Below are positions 15,448-25,126 of a stretch of 64,000 nt of DNA, piece after piece (position 1 is the stretch's first letter; the number at the start of each line of letters is the position of its first letter). The position numbers and the translations under genes were made by a program. The stretch is from IMG/VR virus record IMGVR_UViG_3300027734_000039. One strand, given 5' to 3'. The stretch comes from a virus. The notes beneath the pieces were generated by a model. The model had not been told where the DNA came from. It did no database searches and saw only the letters and a program-made list of their open reading frames with translations.

Positions 15448-15644
15448 TATCGTTTCTCGATACCGTCGAGTTCTTTTATGAAGGAAGTCAAGTCTTTAAG
15501 ATCAGTGAAAACGATCTTAGAGCTAATCCAATCATCGTTAGAATCATTGCCGCTAATGTCAGCGACATAACCATTTTCACAAAGAGTGATTGTCAAGTTA
15601 TCATTGATCTTTGTAAATCGAGCAAGATGCTTATTATCAGCCAT
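15447..15644 (-). CDS. Hypothetical protein
   Basis: 65 aa, GAGG RBS. Confidence 0.65.
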   Translation of the reverse strand: MADNKHLARFTKINDNLTITLCENGYVADISGNDSNDDWISSKIVFTDLKDLTSFIKELDGIEKR

Positions 15645-15645
15645 A

Positions 15646-16017
15646 TTAACCTCTCCTCATGCGAGCGATATCTTCAGCGTCGCTCTTAGCAAAAACAGGA
15701 ACCATATTAGATTTATGCATAGTAGCGATACCAAGAAGTTTACGTTCGCCGCTATACACTTTTTCTGCAGGTTTAGAAGTAGAACCGTTACCGAACCCTG
15801 CGGAAACATAATCGCTTCGATCAACCTTTATATCATCATTATACCGCGATTTCCATTTAAAGTCAAGTGCTTTTTTATCGGCTTTTTTACCGCCAGTCAT
15901 AGACTTAACCCAAGCTTCGTGTTCGGCTTGAGATTTAGCTAACCGCTTGTTGCTACTTGCTTTACGTTTACGGGTAGAAGTTGTAGTGTAGAATACTGGA
16001 AGAAGATGCATCGTCAT
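15646..16017 (-). CDS. Conserved basic T4-like hypothetical protein
   Basis: GIATMHKSNMVPVF motif; GGGAG RBS. Confidence 0.7.
   Translation of the reverse strand: MTMHLLPVFYTTTSTRKRKASSNKRLAKSQAEHEAWVKSMTGGKKADKKALDFKWKSRYNDDIKVDRSDYVSAGFGNGSTSKPAEKVYSGERKLLGIATMHKSNMVPVFAKSDAEDIARMRRG
15838..15866 (-). promoter_or_regulatory. Sigma70-type promoter inside a CDS
   Basis: TTGACT-17 nt-TATAAT, nearly identical to the 15237-15265 promoter. Confidence 0.65.
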
Positions 16018-16060
16018 TGGCTACTCCCCTATTATTACAATAGTATACTATACTATCGTT

Positions 16061-16282
16061 TTAAAACCAAGGAGTTTCGTCTATATCTTTCGAGAGGGTT
16101 TCTTCTATTACTCTCTTTAAACAAGAACGAACTAGTTCTTTAGCTGGAAGATATCTTTCTTCTTCTATCTTCATTTGCTTCTTATAATTATGATGCTGCT
16201 CTTCTTCCCACATATCATCGCGAGCATCTATCATCTCTTCGAGAGCTTCGATAAACTTATCAATCGTCTGCTGCTGTGACAT
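16061..16282 (-). CDS. Hypothetical protein
   Basis: Probable start MSQQQ. Confidence 0.55.
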   Translation of the reverse strand: MSQQQTIDKFIEALEEMIDARDDMWEEEQHHNYKKQMKIEEERYLPAKELVRSCLKRVIEETLSKDIDETPWF

Positions 16283-16616
16283 CTTTATCGCGCTCCATAT
16301 TATCGACAATTATATATTTTGCCTCGTCGTCGATTTGAGCATATGCTTCCAACATACGACGAACATTATTCAATCTTTCAATAACATTATTAATCGTCTT
16401 ATGGGCTACTTCGTCGTTATGACCTTCTTGAAGGTCGATCAAAGCAGCGTCTAGATTAGAATCAGCAGAATAATCGATGTGATACTTCATCACGGAACCA
16501 TCTTTTGCCAACTCTTGTTCTAACTTAAGAGGAGGGAAAAGCATAGCCTTGATTTGTTCAATCTTTTCTTCGGCTGGGGTATTAATTTTCTTTTGAACTG
16601 TCCACGGGAATTTCAT
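16260..16616 (-). CDS. Hypothetical protein
   Basis: 118 aa, AGGA RBS, follows regA. Confidence 0.65.
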   Translation of the reverse strand: MKFPWTVQKKINTPAEEKIEQIKAMLFPPLKLEQELAKDGSVMKYHIDYSADSNLDAALIDLQEGHNDEVAHKTINNVIERLNNVRRMLEAYAQIDDEAKYIIVDNMERDKDVTAADD

Positions 16617-16632
16617 TACAAATAATCCTTAG

Positions 16633-17034
16633 TTACTTCTTTTTACGACCCATATTATACTTAGCCTCAAGAGTCCACTCGTGCTTTTCTTTATGATTGA
16701 TGATCTTAATTTGACTCATCGAAGCTAGAGGGTCTTTTATCTTTTCGGATTCTACGACCTTTAGTAGACCCCAATCCTGAAGAAGCTCAATTATCTTATT
16801 ACGGCGACCCATGTCTTCGTCGGAAAAGTTAGAAGGTTTGCCGTCGATTGTAAACATTTCTTTGAAATGAACGATATAATACTTACCCTGTTTATGAAAG
16901 ATATGGCAAGATTGATAGAGTTTTTTTTCTTTGCGGGAGGCGACACCGATTCGGGTAAGGGTTTCTTTAATCTTTAGAAAGTCCTCTTCTTCCGCTATTC
17001 TCACCTCAATTAGCGTATCTAATAAATCATTCAT
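16633..17034 (-). CDS. regA: Translational repressor RegA
   Basis: DFLKIKETLTRIGVAS, LYQSCHIFHKQGKYYIVHFKE. Confidence 0.96.
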   Translation of the reverse strand: MNDLLDTLIEVRIAEEEDFLKIKETLTRIGVASRKEKKLYQSCHIFHKQGKYYIVHFKEMFTIDGKPSNFSDEDMGRRNKIIELLQDWGLLKVVESEKIKDPLASMSQIKIINHKEKHEWTLEAKYNMGRKKK

Positions 17035-17504
17035 TTACTTCCACCTTTTTCTTGTTTTTTTCTTATAATATCAAGTTGCTCCTTGGATAGGAGCTTAAGC
17101 GCCTCTTTTGCTCGTACAACATTATATTTATAATATTCTTGAACTAAGGCGATAAGCTCCTGTTCCTTCTTAAGCTCCCTTTCCATCTTCTTTTCTTGTT
17201 CGGTTTTTTTCTTTCCATAACGATTTATCTTACGGACCGAATAGAAAAGGTAATGATAATGAAGCTTATCGGGCAGGTGGTAGTTTAGGTTCATATCCTG
17301 AACATTAGAAAGCGTATCGGTATGATTCGATAACGAAAGGTTAGTTCTCCACTGGCTATACTTGAACTCCTGTGGATTGTCCAAGTCGATTAACTGTTTT
17401 CCGGAATTAATGTTATTTTCAAACCTCCAATCGTATTGGGGCTTGACTACTTCTTGTTCTTTCTTTTCTTCCTTTCGTGGCTTTAGCGTAACGTCGAGAA
17501 ACAT
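17031..17504 (-). CDS. gp62: Clamp loader small subunit gp62
   Basis: Synteny; NLSLSNHTD, EYYKYNVVRAKEAL. Confidence 0.85.
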   Translation of the reverse strand: MFLDVTLKPRKEEKKEQEVVKPQYDWRFENNINSGKQLIDLDNPQEFKYSQWRTNLSLSNHTDTLSNVQDMNLNYHLPDKLHYHYLFYSVRKINRYGKKKTEQEKKMERELKKEQELIALVQEYYKYNVVRAKEALKLLSKEQLDIIRKKQEKGGSK

Positions 17505-18442
17505 TACGCGAACTCCAAAGTCAACATTGCTTCTACTAGAAAAGCTACAAAGTTGATTTCGGCATTAGCAGCGAAAGCGTTTTGATATTGATAACGGGCA
17601 ACCAGAAGCACCAGTTCCGGAATACTTTTCTTATCAAAGAAGTCAGAAGCAGTTTCATAAAACTGGGTGTAGAGTGAATTAACATCTGTGTCGATATTAT
17701 TCTTTGCCCACTTACGAACTTCAGTAAAGTTTTTATCTTTCATAAAGGCAATAAGTTCGCGAATACTAGTTTCCTGAATGTTAGCTAGGATACCAGAATC
17801 GATCTTACCTGTAGCTGAATAACGCTGAAGCTCATTAAGAACACGACGCCAGTCAGGGAAATGCTTTTGAATAACTTCGGCAATTACAGCTTTGTCATAC
17901 TCAACGTTTTCAGTTTCAAGAATTACACCAATCCGCTTCATAAACTGCATAGCGAGCTTGGCCATATCCTTCTTGCTGATCTTAAAGTCAACTACGGAAC
18001 AACGACTATGTAACGGCTCAATGATTCTGTTTTTGAAGTTACAAGTGAGAATGAAGCCACAGTTCCGCGAGAACTCTTCCATAAAGTTTCTGAGTGCGGG
18101 TTGTGTAGAGTTAGCATTAAGGTAGTCTGCCTCATCAAGGATGACGTACTTTCGTCCACCTGATAGGGAAACAGAGCTAGCGAAGTTTAGGATTTCATTT
18201 CGGAGTGTGTCAATGTTGCCATTCATAGATCCGTTGATGACGATGTAGTCTGCTTTGACTTCTTCCAGCATGGCCATAGCCACTGTAGTTTTACCAACAC
18301 CAGCACTACCACTGAGAATAAGATTTGGAATATTACCATTTTTAACAAACTCCTGAAAAGTTGTTTTCAATTCTACAGGAAGGATAGTTTCTTCAATAGT
18401 TTTCGGGCGATACTTTTCTACCCAGAGAAATTCTTCATTCAT
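17504..18442 (-). CDS. gp44: Clamp loader AAA+ subunit gp44
   Basis: LWVEKYRP, GSAGVGKTT, DEADYL, LHSRC. Confidence 0.96.
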   Translation of the reverse strand: MNEEFLWVEKYRPKTIEETILPVELKTTFQEFVKNGNIPNLILSGSAGVGKTTVAMAMLEEVKADYIVINGSMNGNIDTLRNEILNFASSVSLSGGRKYVILDEADYLNANSTQPALRNFMEEFSRNCGFILTCNFKNRIIEPLHSRCSVVDFKISKKDMAKLAMQFMKRIGVILETENVEYDKAVIAEVIQKHFPDWRRVLNELQRYSATGKIDSGILANIQETSIRELIAFMKDKNFTEVRKWAKNNIDTDVNSLYTQFYETASDFFDKKSIPELVLLVARYQYQNAFAANAEINFVAFLVEAMLTLEFA

Positions 18443-18782
18443 TTACAGTTACCTCGTCAGTAAGAAACTTTTCAATAGTATTAGAGTTTTGTTTTTCTAA
18501 AACTTCTCTATCCGTCAACCAACCAAATCCATTACGTTGATTTTTGGTCATCTGATCCCATATCTCGATACAAACATTTCTAAAATCTGATTCTTTTAGA
18601 TGTTCTCTTTTGATATGTTGACGGTCGCTTCTTACATAAAAATTTACAATAGGCTCGAACGCTTGATGATAATCACACCACTTTACTCTTGGAGCCGATG
18701 TACCGAAAACTGTATTAGAAAATGCATCTCCGATGTGCCTAGAAACAACAGGAATTACATCTTCCCTCTTCACTTGTTCCAT
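18435..18782 (-). CDS. Hypothetical protein
   Basis: 115 aa inserted between g45 and g44, GGAG RBS. Confidence 0.65.
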   Translation of the reverse strand: MEQVKREDVIPVVSRHIGDAFSNTVFGTSAPRVKWCDYHQAFEPIVNFYVRSDRQHIKREHLKESDFRNVCIEIWDQMTKNQRNGFGWLTDREVLEKQNSNTIEKFLTDEVTVNE

Positions 18783-18801
18783 AATATATACTCCATAATA
18801 T

Positions 18802-18846
18802 AAAAGTGGGAGGAACCATTATAGCTCCTCCCGAGTCAAAAGTCAA
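18802..18846 (-). promoter_or_regulatory. Sigma70-type promoter overlapping a terminator-like hairpin
   Basis: TTGACT-17-TATAAT; GGGAGGAGC(TATAATG)GTTCCTCCC-ACTTTT. Confidence 0.7.
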
Positions 18847-18847
18847 C

Positions 18848-19501
18848 TTAGAAAGTTGAGCTGGATTCAACAGCAATCCAGTATTCAGCCTCACTTCCCT
18901 TGAAGTGAGAGATACCACGCGAACAAATGCTTACATCGTAATCGCCTGGAATGATCTTAATATTTTCAGACTTAAAGATTGCCTTGAAGGTCTTATCAGT
19001 TTCGCCGATAGCGATAGAATAGATATCGCCAGAAGGATTCTTTGTATCAGCAGCCTGAAGATAAACCTTGCTACCGTCACCAGAAACAACGATCTCAGGA
19101 AGCTGAAGAACGCCAGAAGCCTTTTCGACATCCTTAAGATTTTCGTTGGTGAGACGGAAAGAAACGTCAACCGAAGGAAGTGTGATTTCCTTTTCGGGAA
19201 CCTTAGTAATAGTAGACTCATCAGCATAGGTGTAATGAGTGCTCTTATTATTGTCACCGATATCAACAAACTTTTCGCTGAACTTCAACTCAGGCTCATT
19301 GAAAAGGCTAAGAGTTGAAATGAAACGATCAAGGTTGTAGATAGCGAAACGCTGACCAAACTGAGTTGGGACGTTTGCCTTTGCCATGATTGTCTTTGAA
19401 GGAGAAATGGTCTTCAAAGTATTACCTTCCTGGATAACGATGGAAGGATTAATCTTAGCGAAGTTCTTAAGAACACTAATTGTATTCGCATCAATTTTCA
19501 T
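18848..19501 (-). CDS. gp45: Sliding clamp gp45
   Basis: LKNFAKINPS, FAIYNLDRF, IIPGDYDV, YWIAVE. Confidence 0.95.
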   Translation of the reverse strand: MKIDANTISVLKNFAKINPSIVIQEGNTLKTISPSKTIMAKANVPTQFGQRFAIYNLDRFISTLSLFNEPELKFSEKFVDIGDNNKSTHYTYADESTITKVPEKEITLPSVDVSFRLTNENLKDVEKASGVLQLPEIVVSGDGSKVYLQAADTKNPSGDIYSIAIGETDKTFKAIFKSENIKIIPGDYDVSICSRGISHFKGSEAEYWIAVESSSTF

Positions 19502-19740
19502 TATACATTTCCTTTCGCAGTATTCATAATTTTAGATACAAGGTCCATAATTTGAGTAGGGGTTTCCTTGCAAGACATAATTTTACCAGACTTAAGAACC
19601 AATGCAGTAACATCGGGACGATCATCACTAGCTGTAATGATAATAGACTTTGGCTTAGTATATCTTTCCATAACAATAATTTCAGATGGATCGACCCAAA
19701 AATCGTAGTTTGGTTCTGGATGTGTCAGCGGAATCATCAT
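19501..19740 (-). CDS. FlbD/SwrD-like small protein
   Basis: MIPLT...FWVDPSEI...PDVTALVLKSGK...KETPTQI pattern. Confidence 0.5.
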   Translation of the reverse strand: MMIPLTHPEPNYDFWVDPSEIIVMERYTKPKSIIITASDDRPDVTALVLKSGKIMSCKETPTQIMDLVSKIMNTAKGNV

Positions 19741-19751
19741 AATATATTACC

Positions 19752-20603
19752 TCACTTCTTTTTCTTAAGAGCACCAGGATCGGCAGTTGCTGCTGCTCCG
19801 ATAGCGGCCAAGTCAGCAAGCGAGCCACCAAAGATATAGCTACCGACATGCTGAAGCTTCATCCATGGGCAAAACCAAGTTTTGATTTGAGCAGCCTGTG
19901 CCTTCTGACAGAACCAATAATCTTCCGAAAGATAACGCTTTGACTCTGGATCAACTTCAGCCTGGAAGAACATCATAATTTCACGTGTACCATCGAAATG
20001 TTCTGTACGAACGTGATCAGGCTTGTACATATACTGATCCTTGTAGTGTTCGTAGAACTTTTGCATTGCCTTCTTTGTAACCATCATGAAGCCAGTTCCA
20101 ATTTCAAGAACTTCACAAGGCTCGCTGATAGCGATGCTCTGCTGGCCACCCTTTGGATTGAAAACGTAATCGCCAACAAACTTTTCAAGGACGTTAGGAT
20201 TTTCATCAGCAAGACCCTTATCAACGGCAAGCTTAATCTTTTCCCAAGAGATACACTTCTTAGGATAAGGACCGCCAATGATCTCGTACTTTTCTTCTTC
20301 CTGTGCCTGAAGCGCCATCATTGCGATAACGTCCTGAGGATTAAATCCAATATCAGAGTCAATGAAAATCATATGACTTGCATCTGAACGCATAAACTCG
20401 TCGCAGCAATAGTTACGAGCACGAGTAATCAACGATTCGTTGAAAAGAAAATACATTTGAAGAGGAATGCCATACTGAGTGCAAAGAGCAGACAAATCTG
20501 CAACAGACTTAGCAAACATACCTGCGCACTGACCGCCATACATTGGGGTAGCGATAAAAAGCTTACGCTGACGTAGTTCTTCGATTGGGATATTAATTTC
20601 CAT
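19752..20603 (-). CDS. GT-A fold glycosyltransferase-like protein
   Basis: IATPMYGG, ESLITRARN, FIDSDI (DxD), GTGFM, SEDYWFC. Confidence 0.75.
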   Translation of the reverse strand: MEINIPIEELRQRKLFIATPMYGGQCAGMFAKSVADLSALCTQYGIPLQMYFLFNESLITRARNYCCDEFMRSDASHMIFIDSDIGFNPQDVIAMMALQAQEEEKYEIIGGPYPKKCISWEKIKLAVDKGLADENPNVLEKFVGDYVFNPKGGQQSIAISEPCEVLEIGTGFMMVTKKAMQKFYEHYKDQYMYKPDHVRTEHFDGTREIMMFFQAEVDPESKRYLSEDYWFCQKAQAAQIKTWFCPWMKLQHVGSYIFGGSLADLAAIGAAATADPGALKKKK

Positions 20604-20968
20604 TATTTACCATCCTTATAGTGATCGTTATACAGACACATTATTGTGTAATGCAAGACCTTCATCAAGTCATCTTTGTTATTGCCATTCTTTTTACCAT
20701 AACGCCATAGATACTTTATAGCGGTGTTACGGAAAGTAGGAGTGGCATCATCGAGAGCAATCCAAGCATCAAAACATTGAACGTTATTTTCTGTTTGGTA
20801 ATGCTGCCCGTATGTCTTATCTATATAGGCATGAAAGTCAGCGATAATTCGACCTTCGGCATATTTATACTTAATTTCTTTTTCCTTATCAACTTTAGGA
20901 AGCCCCATCAACCAACTCCTTAATCTTATCAAATACTTTCTGCTGTTCGCAGAGGGCATTGTTGTCAT
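20603..20968 (-). CDS. DUF3310/T7 gp1.7-like nucleotide-associated protein
   Basis: TYGQHY...NTAIKYLWRYGKKNG...DLMKVLHY; start may be the later Met (MGLPK). Confidence 0.7.
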   Translation of the reverse strand: MTTMPSANSRKYLIRLRSWLMGLPKVDKEKEIKYKYAEGRIIADFHAYIDKTYGQHYQTENNVQCFDAWIALDDATPTFRNTAIKYLWRYGKKNGNNKDDLMKVLHYTIMCLYNDHYKDGK

Positions 20969-21437
20969 ATTTTTCTATGTTAAACATTAAAGAAAAATTA
21001 GTTAGAATGTTAGCGATCTTAGTTTCACGACCCTGTAACCAAGTTTCGTTTTGTTCGCTACCACGTTCTTTATAGCGTTCTTTTCTCACCTCTTGTTTTG
21101 TTCCTAGATATATGATCTGGGTGTCGAACTTTTCAACACAGTTTTCTAGGAAAGAAGAGGTAAACAAACGATCACCCTCAAATAATAGTATACTATCATT
21201 TGGCAAAGAGTCAAGGAATTTTATTGCCTCTGGCTGAACCGCCATAGACATTCTATCAGTTCCTGAAAAGACCTCGCCTTCTTCATACTTACCAAGAACA
21301 TAAACATTGTTCTTTTGCATATAAGGAACGAGCTTAACTTCGTTATACTTCGGTTCAAGTTCGTAAAAAGAGATAATACGTTTCATAAGTGTGGTTTTAC
21401 CGCTTCCAGGTTCACCACCAATCGCAATAACTTTCAT
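20895..21437 (-). CDS. P-loop kinase (hydroxymethyl-base kinase-like)
   Basis: GGEPGSGKTT, FSGTDRMSMAVQP, FEGDRL. Confidence 0.8.
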   Translation of the reverse strand: MKVIAIGGEPGSGKTTLMKRIISFYELEPKYNEVKLVPYMQKNNVYVLGKYEEGEVFSGTDRMSMAVQPEAIKFLDSLPNDSILLFEGDRLFTSSFLENCVEKFDTQIIYLGTKQEVRKERYKERGSEQNETWLQGRETKIANILTNFSLMFNIEKYDNNALCEQQKVFDKIKELVDGAS

Positions 21438-21439
21438 AA

Positions 21440-22627
21440 TTACTCCATAAAGCTTTCAATGCCTTTCGGCTTATTAAAGTCGTTAGTAAAACAATCCCAC
21501 TCTTTATCCATCATTATAACTTGACCTGTATGAAGATAGTGGTTTTGCTTTTCTTTCGTAAGTCCTGGATCTCCTGGCGTATCTTCTTGTCGTAGATGAA
21601 CGGGTAAACAGTCTTTTCGCATTTGCCAGAATAGATCAAAGTTCGAACCCCATTCCGACTCTGCATATCTAATACGATCATGAAACATATCCATATAAAC
21701 GTTTGGGTAACGGCGGTTGGGTCTGTGCCACGACTTGTAGCAACAGAATGTTGATTCTAGTGTAAAGAAACTTACATCTTCATGCTTAATGCGAGCTTTA
21801 GCTTCTTCAAAAAGAATATCTGCTTCTCGTTCAAGCCATTGAATTGTTTCTGGCTTATACTTTAGTTCTTGCTTCCACCAGTCTAAGTCGTCTCTTCCTA
21901 GGACTTTACAAAGACCATTTCTATGACTACGAGAGCCATCAATATCCCCAAGAAAGAGACTATTGCAATCGAGATCGAGTCCTTGGATACGAAGATATTC
22001 CAAATATGAAAAAGTAGAAAGGCGACCGAAGCTAAGAAAATTAGTTCTGACATAATCCCAAGTCCTTTCGAAATTTTTGTATTTATCTCCAGTGTTTTGA
22101 AGATGTTCAAACAAAGCAGCTTGGGAGCCGAACTTATCAACTTGATTCTTATAAGCTTGAACGCATGCAGGGAAACCTGTTTTGCCAATCTTAAAGTATT
22201 TACGATCTGTATCCCAACCAGAACCAGCTTTAAACTTCTGATGATTATCATTCCACCAAGAGTCTAGTTTATCAATATCAAGATCTTTGATAGTCGGAAA
22301 CTTTTGTAGGATCATATAAGTCGTAACGATGTTTTGCGAACAACCATTAACGAAAGCGGTCCAAAGTTTCTGCTCTTTATCCATATTAAAATGTTTAGCG
22401 AGCCAAGGCATAGCAAAATACACAGCACCTGGATGCGACTTATTTTTCAAATGAAATTCATAAAAACGAAGGAAAACTTCGCGACGATAAATCGGTCGGC
22501 GAAAATCCATTCCTTTTTCTAAATTAGATATTTCTGGTTGATTGTTTAGTTCGGACCAACGTCCAATAATTTGATCAGAAGAAGTTGTCAAGAGTACTCT
22601 TTTCCTCGCCCATGAAATAAAACCCAT
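21440..22627 (-). CDS. aGPT-Pplase / amino-acid:DNA transferase-like (HhH glycosylase fold)
   Basis: WDTDRKY, SFGRLSTFSYLEYL, SHRNGL, TLESTFCCYK, RRYPNVYMD. Confidence 0.72.
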   Translation of the reverse strand: MGFISWARKRVLLTTSSDQIIGRWSELNNQPEISNLEKGMDFRRPIYRREVFLRFYEFHLKNKSHPGAVYFAMPWLAKHFNMDKEQKLWTAFVNGCSQNIVTTYMILQKFPTIKDLDIDKLDSWWNDNHQKFKAGSGWDTDRKYFKIGKTGFPACVQAYKNQVDKFGSQAALFEHLQNTGDKYKNFERTWDYVRTNFLSFGRLSTFSYLEYLRIQGLDLDCNSLFLGDIDGSRSHRNGLCKVLGRDDLDWWKQELKYKPETIQWLEREADILFEEAKARIKHEDVSFFTLESTFCCYKSWHRPNRRYPNVYMDMFHDRIRYAESEWGSNFDLFWQMRKDCLPVHLRQEDTPGDPGLTKEKQNHYLHTGQVIMMDKEWDCFTNDFNKPKGIESFME

Positions 22628-23354
22628 CTAGATTATCAGCAACAGGAAACTCTTTTGTTTCAGTTTCGTGCTTACCAGGAATAGCAGCAAAGTAAACAGC
22701 ATTCCTAGCTCTAAATGCAGCTCTAATTATACTATAACCAAAACGATTATACAACCAGTTTGAATAAGCACTTACATAATCATACTTATCATTAACTTGA
22801 GCCGAGAGAATTTCACCATACTTTTTGCCATGAATAGTCATAGGATAAGTTACTGATGTATCTGTCCAAACAACAAGCTTAGGATTAGATTCGAACATTT
22901 TATCGAAACCATTTTTCCACTTAGTTGTTATTTGAAGAATACTCGAGTTAGGCAAATCAAGAAACTTTAAATCGCTTTCGTCGTTTTTCTCAAGAGCCTT
23001 TTGAGCATCTTCAAGATCAACTGTAATAGGGCAATCCCATCTTGTGCTAAGAAGATGTTCTACGCACCCAGCATCAAGTTCGCCAACATTATGCTTAGAA
23101 ATTTTAAACAGTTTTTGAATTAAAAGAGTTTGAACTCCGATACCAGCCATATATTCTCTAACAGAATAATTTTCATCTGGCTGTATAACATTTTGCAAAA
23201 GCCACTTTGTAGCCCAGCACTTGGCGGCTACTAGATCCGTGTGCTGGGCTGCATAGTGAATATACGAACGATTGTGGAGGCTTACGCTATCTTCTGACTT
23301 AACATCAATGTTAAACGGAAGGTCCCACTCATTACAAATTTTAGCAATTTTCAC
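22575..23354 (-). CDS. Class I SAM-dependent transferase-like protein
   Basis: EYMAGIG (motif I), ELD, DA, DLKFLDLP. Confidence 0.55.
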   Translation of the reverse strand: MKIAKICNEWDLPFNIDVKSEDSVSLHNRSYIHYAAQHTDLVAAKCWATKWLLQNVIQPDENYSVREYMAGIGVQTLLIQKLFKISKHNVGELDAGCVEHLLSTRWDCPITVDLEDAQKALEKNDESDLKFLDLPNSSILQITTKWKNGFDKMFESNPKLVVWTDTSVTYPMTIHGKKYGEILSAQVNDKYDYVSAYSNWLYNRFGYSIIRAAFRARNAVYFAAIPGKHETETKEFPVADNLDGFYFMGEEKSTLDNFF

Positions 23355-24673
23355 GCAAAGAAATCCTCAAGAGTAGATGTTTCATCCTTACCATAAGGAT
23401 CCTTCATATCATGCTTATGAAGGTAATCATACCACTCTTGATCTTCCCACATTCCTGGGGAAACGCCATTCCAAAGAGGACGCCAAAACTTATGTTCCTT
23501 ATTCATGCGACGTTCGTCAACGTACTGCTTACGAAGCATTTCATAATCATATGACTTAAGTTCGAGCATCTTTTCGCGGAAATAACAAACCAACGAAATA
23601 CGTTCTGCCTTATCGTGGTTTAAAACGATAGGAGTGTTACCGTGAATAATTTCATGATTGTTAACAAGAAGCAGATCGCCTGGACGAACGTTCACAGCAA
23701 CGCGAACTTCTGGAAATACAAGATAGCCACCAGTATACTCGCCATCCCCAAGAACAAGAAGATTAGAAAGACCTTCATTCAAGTCACCAGCATCTCGGTG
23801 ACAAGCAGTACGGAATGACTTATTAACTGTGATTGTAGTAAACACAGTTTCAGGAACAAGGAAACGAGGATCAATTTTATCGGCAGCTGCCTTCTGATTG
23901 CTCCAACGCCAGTTGAGAAGCTCCTTGAAACCTTTATTCAAAGTTTGCATGAAAGGATAGCAACCCTTGAACTTTTCAAAGTTCTTTTCAGTATAAGAAG
24001 TTGCGCGACCATAAGGGATACGAGGATAACGATCGTACCAACCAGCAACGCCAGACATAACAGACTTCGCATAGTTAGTTGTTGATGCCCACTTTTCAGC
24101 AACCATCTTCGCTTCATCACGAACTGTTTCTTGTGGCTTGTTTGCGAGACCATCAACCCACTTATCGAACCAACCATGATACTCAGGATAAACCTTTTCA
24201 ACTTCTGAACGAAGCCAAACTGTTCCGCGAGTTTCGTCGCTATCCTTAGGATTGCCGTTCTTATACTTCTCACGAATGCTTTCGATTGAAACGTCATCAA
24301 TCAAACGTGCGCCATCATCCATAAGGAAGTCAAGCACTTCATGCTGATAAGCAGTTACCCAATCACGACCACCACGACCTTCAACAGCTAGCATATCCCC
24401 ACGAGGACCAGCGGCGATACCACGGTTTTGAGATTCAGTTGCTGCTTCGCGCAGAGCTTCATAAGCTGAATTTTGTTCTTCTTTACTAAAGTAATTTTTA
24501 CGGAACTTAAAAGCAATACGAAGTTCTTCGTTATCAGAATCGTCTAAGCTTGATGCAGCTAGAAAACAATCAGTATCTTCTTCAACCAGAATATCATAAT
24601 GCGACTCGTCAGGAAACTGACCGAGCATATCTTCTCTGTTAAACTTTTCTTTAGCTACAATTACCTTAACCAT
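23351..24673 (-). CDS. TET/JBP-family 2OG-Fe(II) dioxygenase
   Basis: FTTITVNK...TACHRDAGD (HxD), HGNTPI (H), ERISLVCYFRE (R). Confidence 0.82.
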   Translation of the reverse strand: MVKVIVAKEKFNREDMLGQFPDESHYDILVEEDTDCFLAASSLDDSDNEELRIAFKFRKNYFSKEEQNSAYEALREAATESQNRGIAAGPRGDMLAVEGRGGRDWVTAYQHEVLDFLMDDGARLIDDVSIESIREKYKNGNPKDSDETRGTVWLRSEVEKVYPEYHGWFDKWVDGLANKPQETVRDEAKMVAEKWASTTNYAKSVMSGVAGWYDRYPRIPYGRATSYTEKNFEKFKGCYPFMQTLNKGFKELLNWRWSNQKAAADKIDPRFLVPETVFTTITVNKSFRTACHRDAGDLNEGLSNLLVLGDGEYTGGYLVFPEVRVAVNVRPGDLLLVNNHEIIHGNTPIVLNHDKAERISLVCYFREKMLELKSYDYEMLRKQYVDERRMNKEHKFWRPLWNGVSPGMWEDQEWYDYLHKHDMKDPYGKDETSTLEDFFA

Positions 24674-24749
24674 TTCACTTCTCCTGTACTAGAATCGTCT
24701 TATTATATATACGACAATTATAGCTCGATTCATACATAATGTAAATATA

Positions 24750-25125
24750 TTATTCTTGTGACTTTTTTAATACGCCTTCGATATCAGGCGGTGTCCAGCT
24801 AGCTGGTTTTTGAATTTTACCATCTTCACGAAGAAGAACTTTACCGTCAACTAGCTTGGCCATGTTGCTGCGATGAACTTCTTCGAATACTTTATCAAGA
24901 GGAATACCATATGACACAGCAGTACCACATGCAATGTAGATAATATCAGCCAAGGCATCTGCGATTTCAATAAGATCATTTTCGTTTTCCGCAATAGTAT
25001 ATTCATACATTTCTTCAGAAAGAAGTCTCATCCTTAGTGTTCGTTCGGCAGTATCAGGAATCTCTGGCTTTTCGCCGATGCGCTGACCGAAAGCCTTATG
25101 AAATTCTTTTACGTCTGTAAACATT
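24750..25125 (-). CDS. MazG-like (PRA-PH/DR2231-type) NTP pyrophosphohydrolase
   Basis: VKEFH, LLSEEMYE, DALADIIY, EVHRSNMAK, REDGKIQKP; start approximate (listed ORF extends to 25166). Confidence 0.85.
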
Positions 25126-25126
25126 G

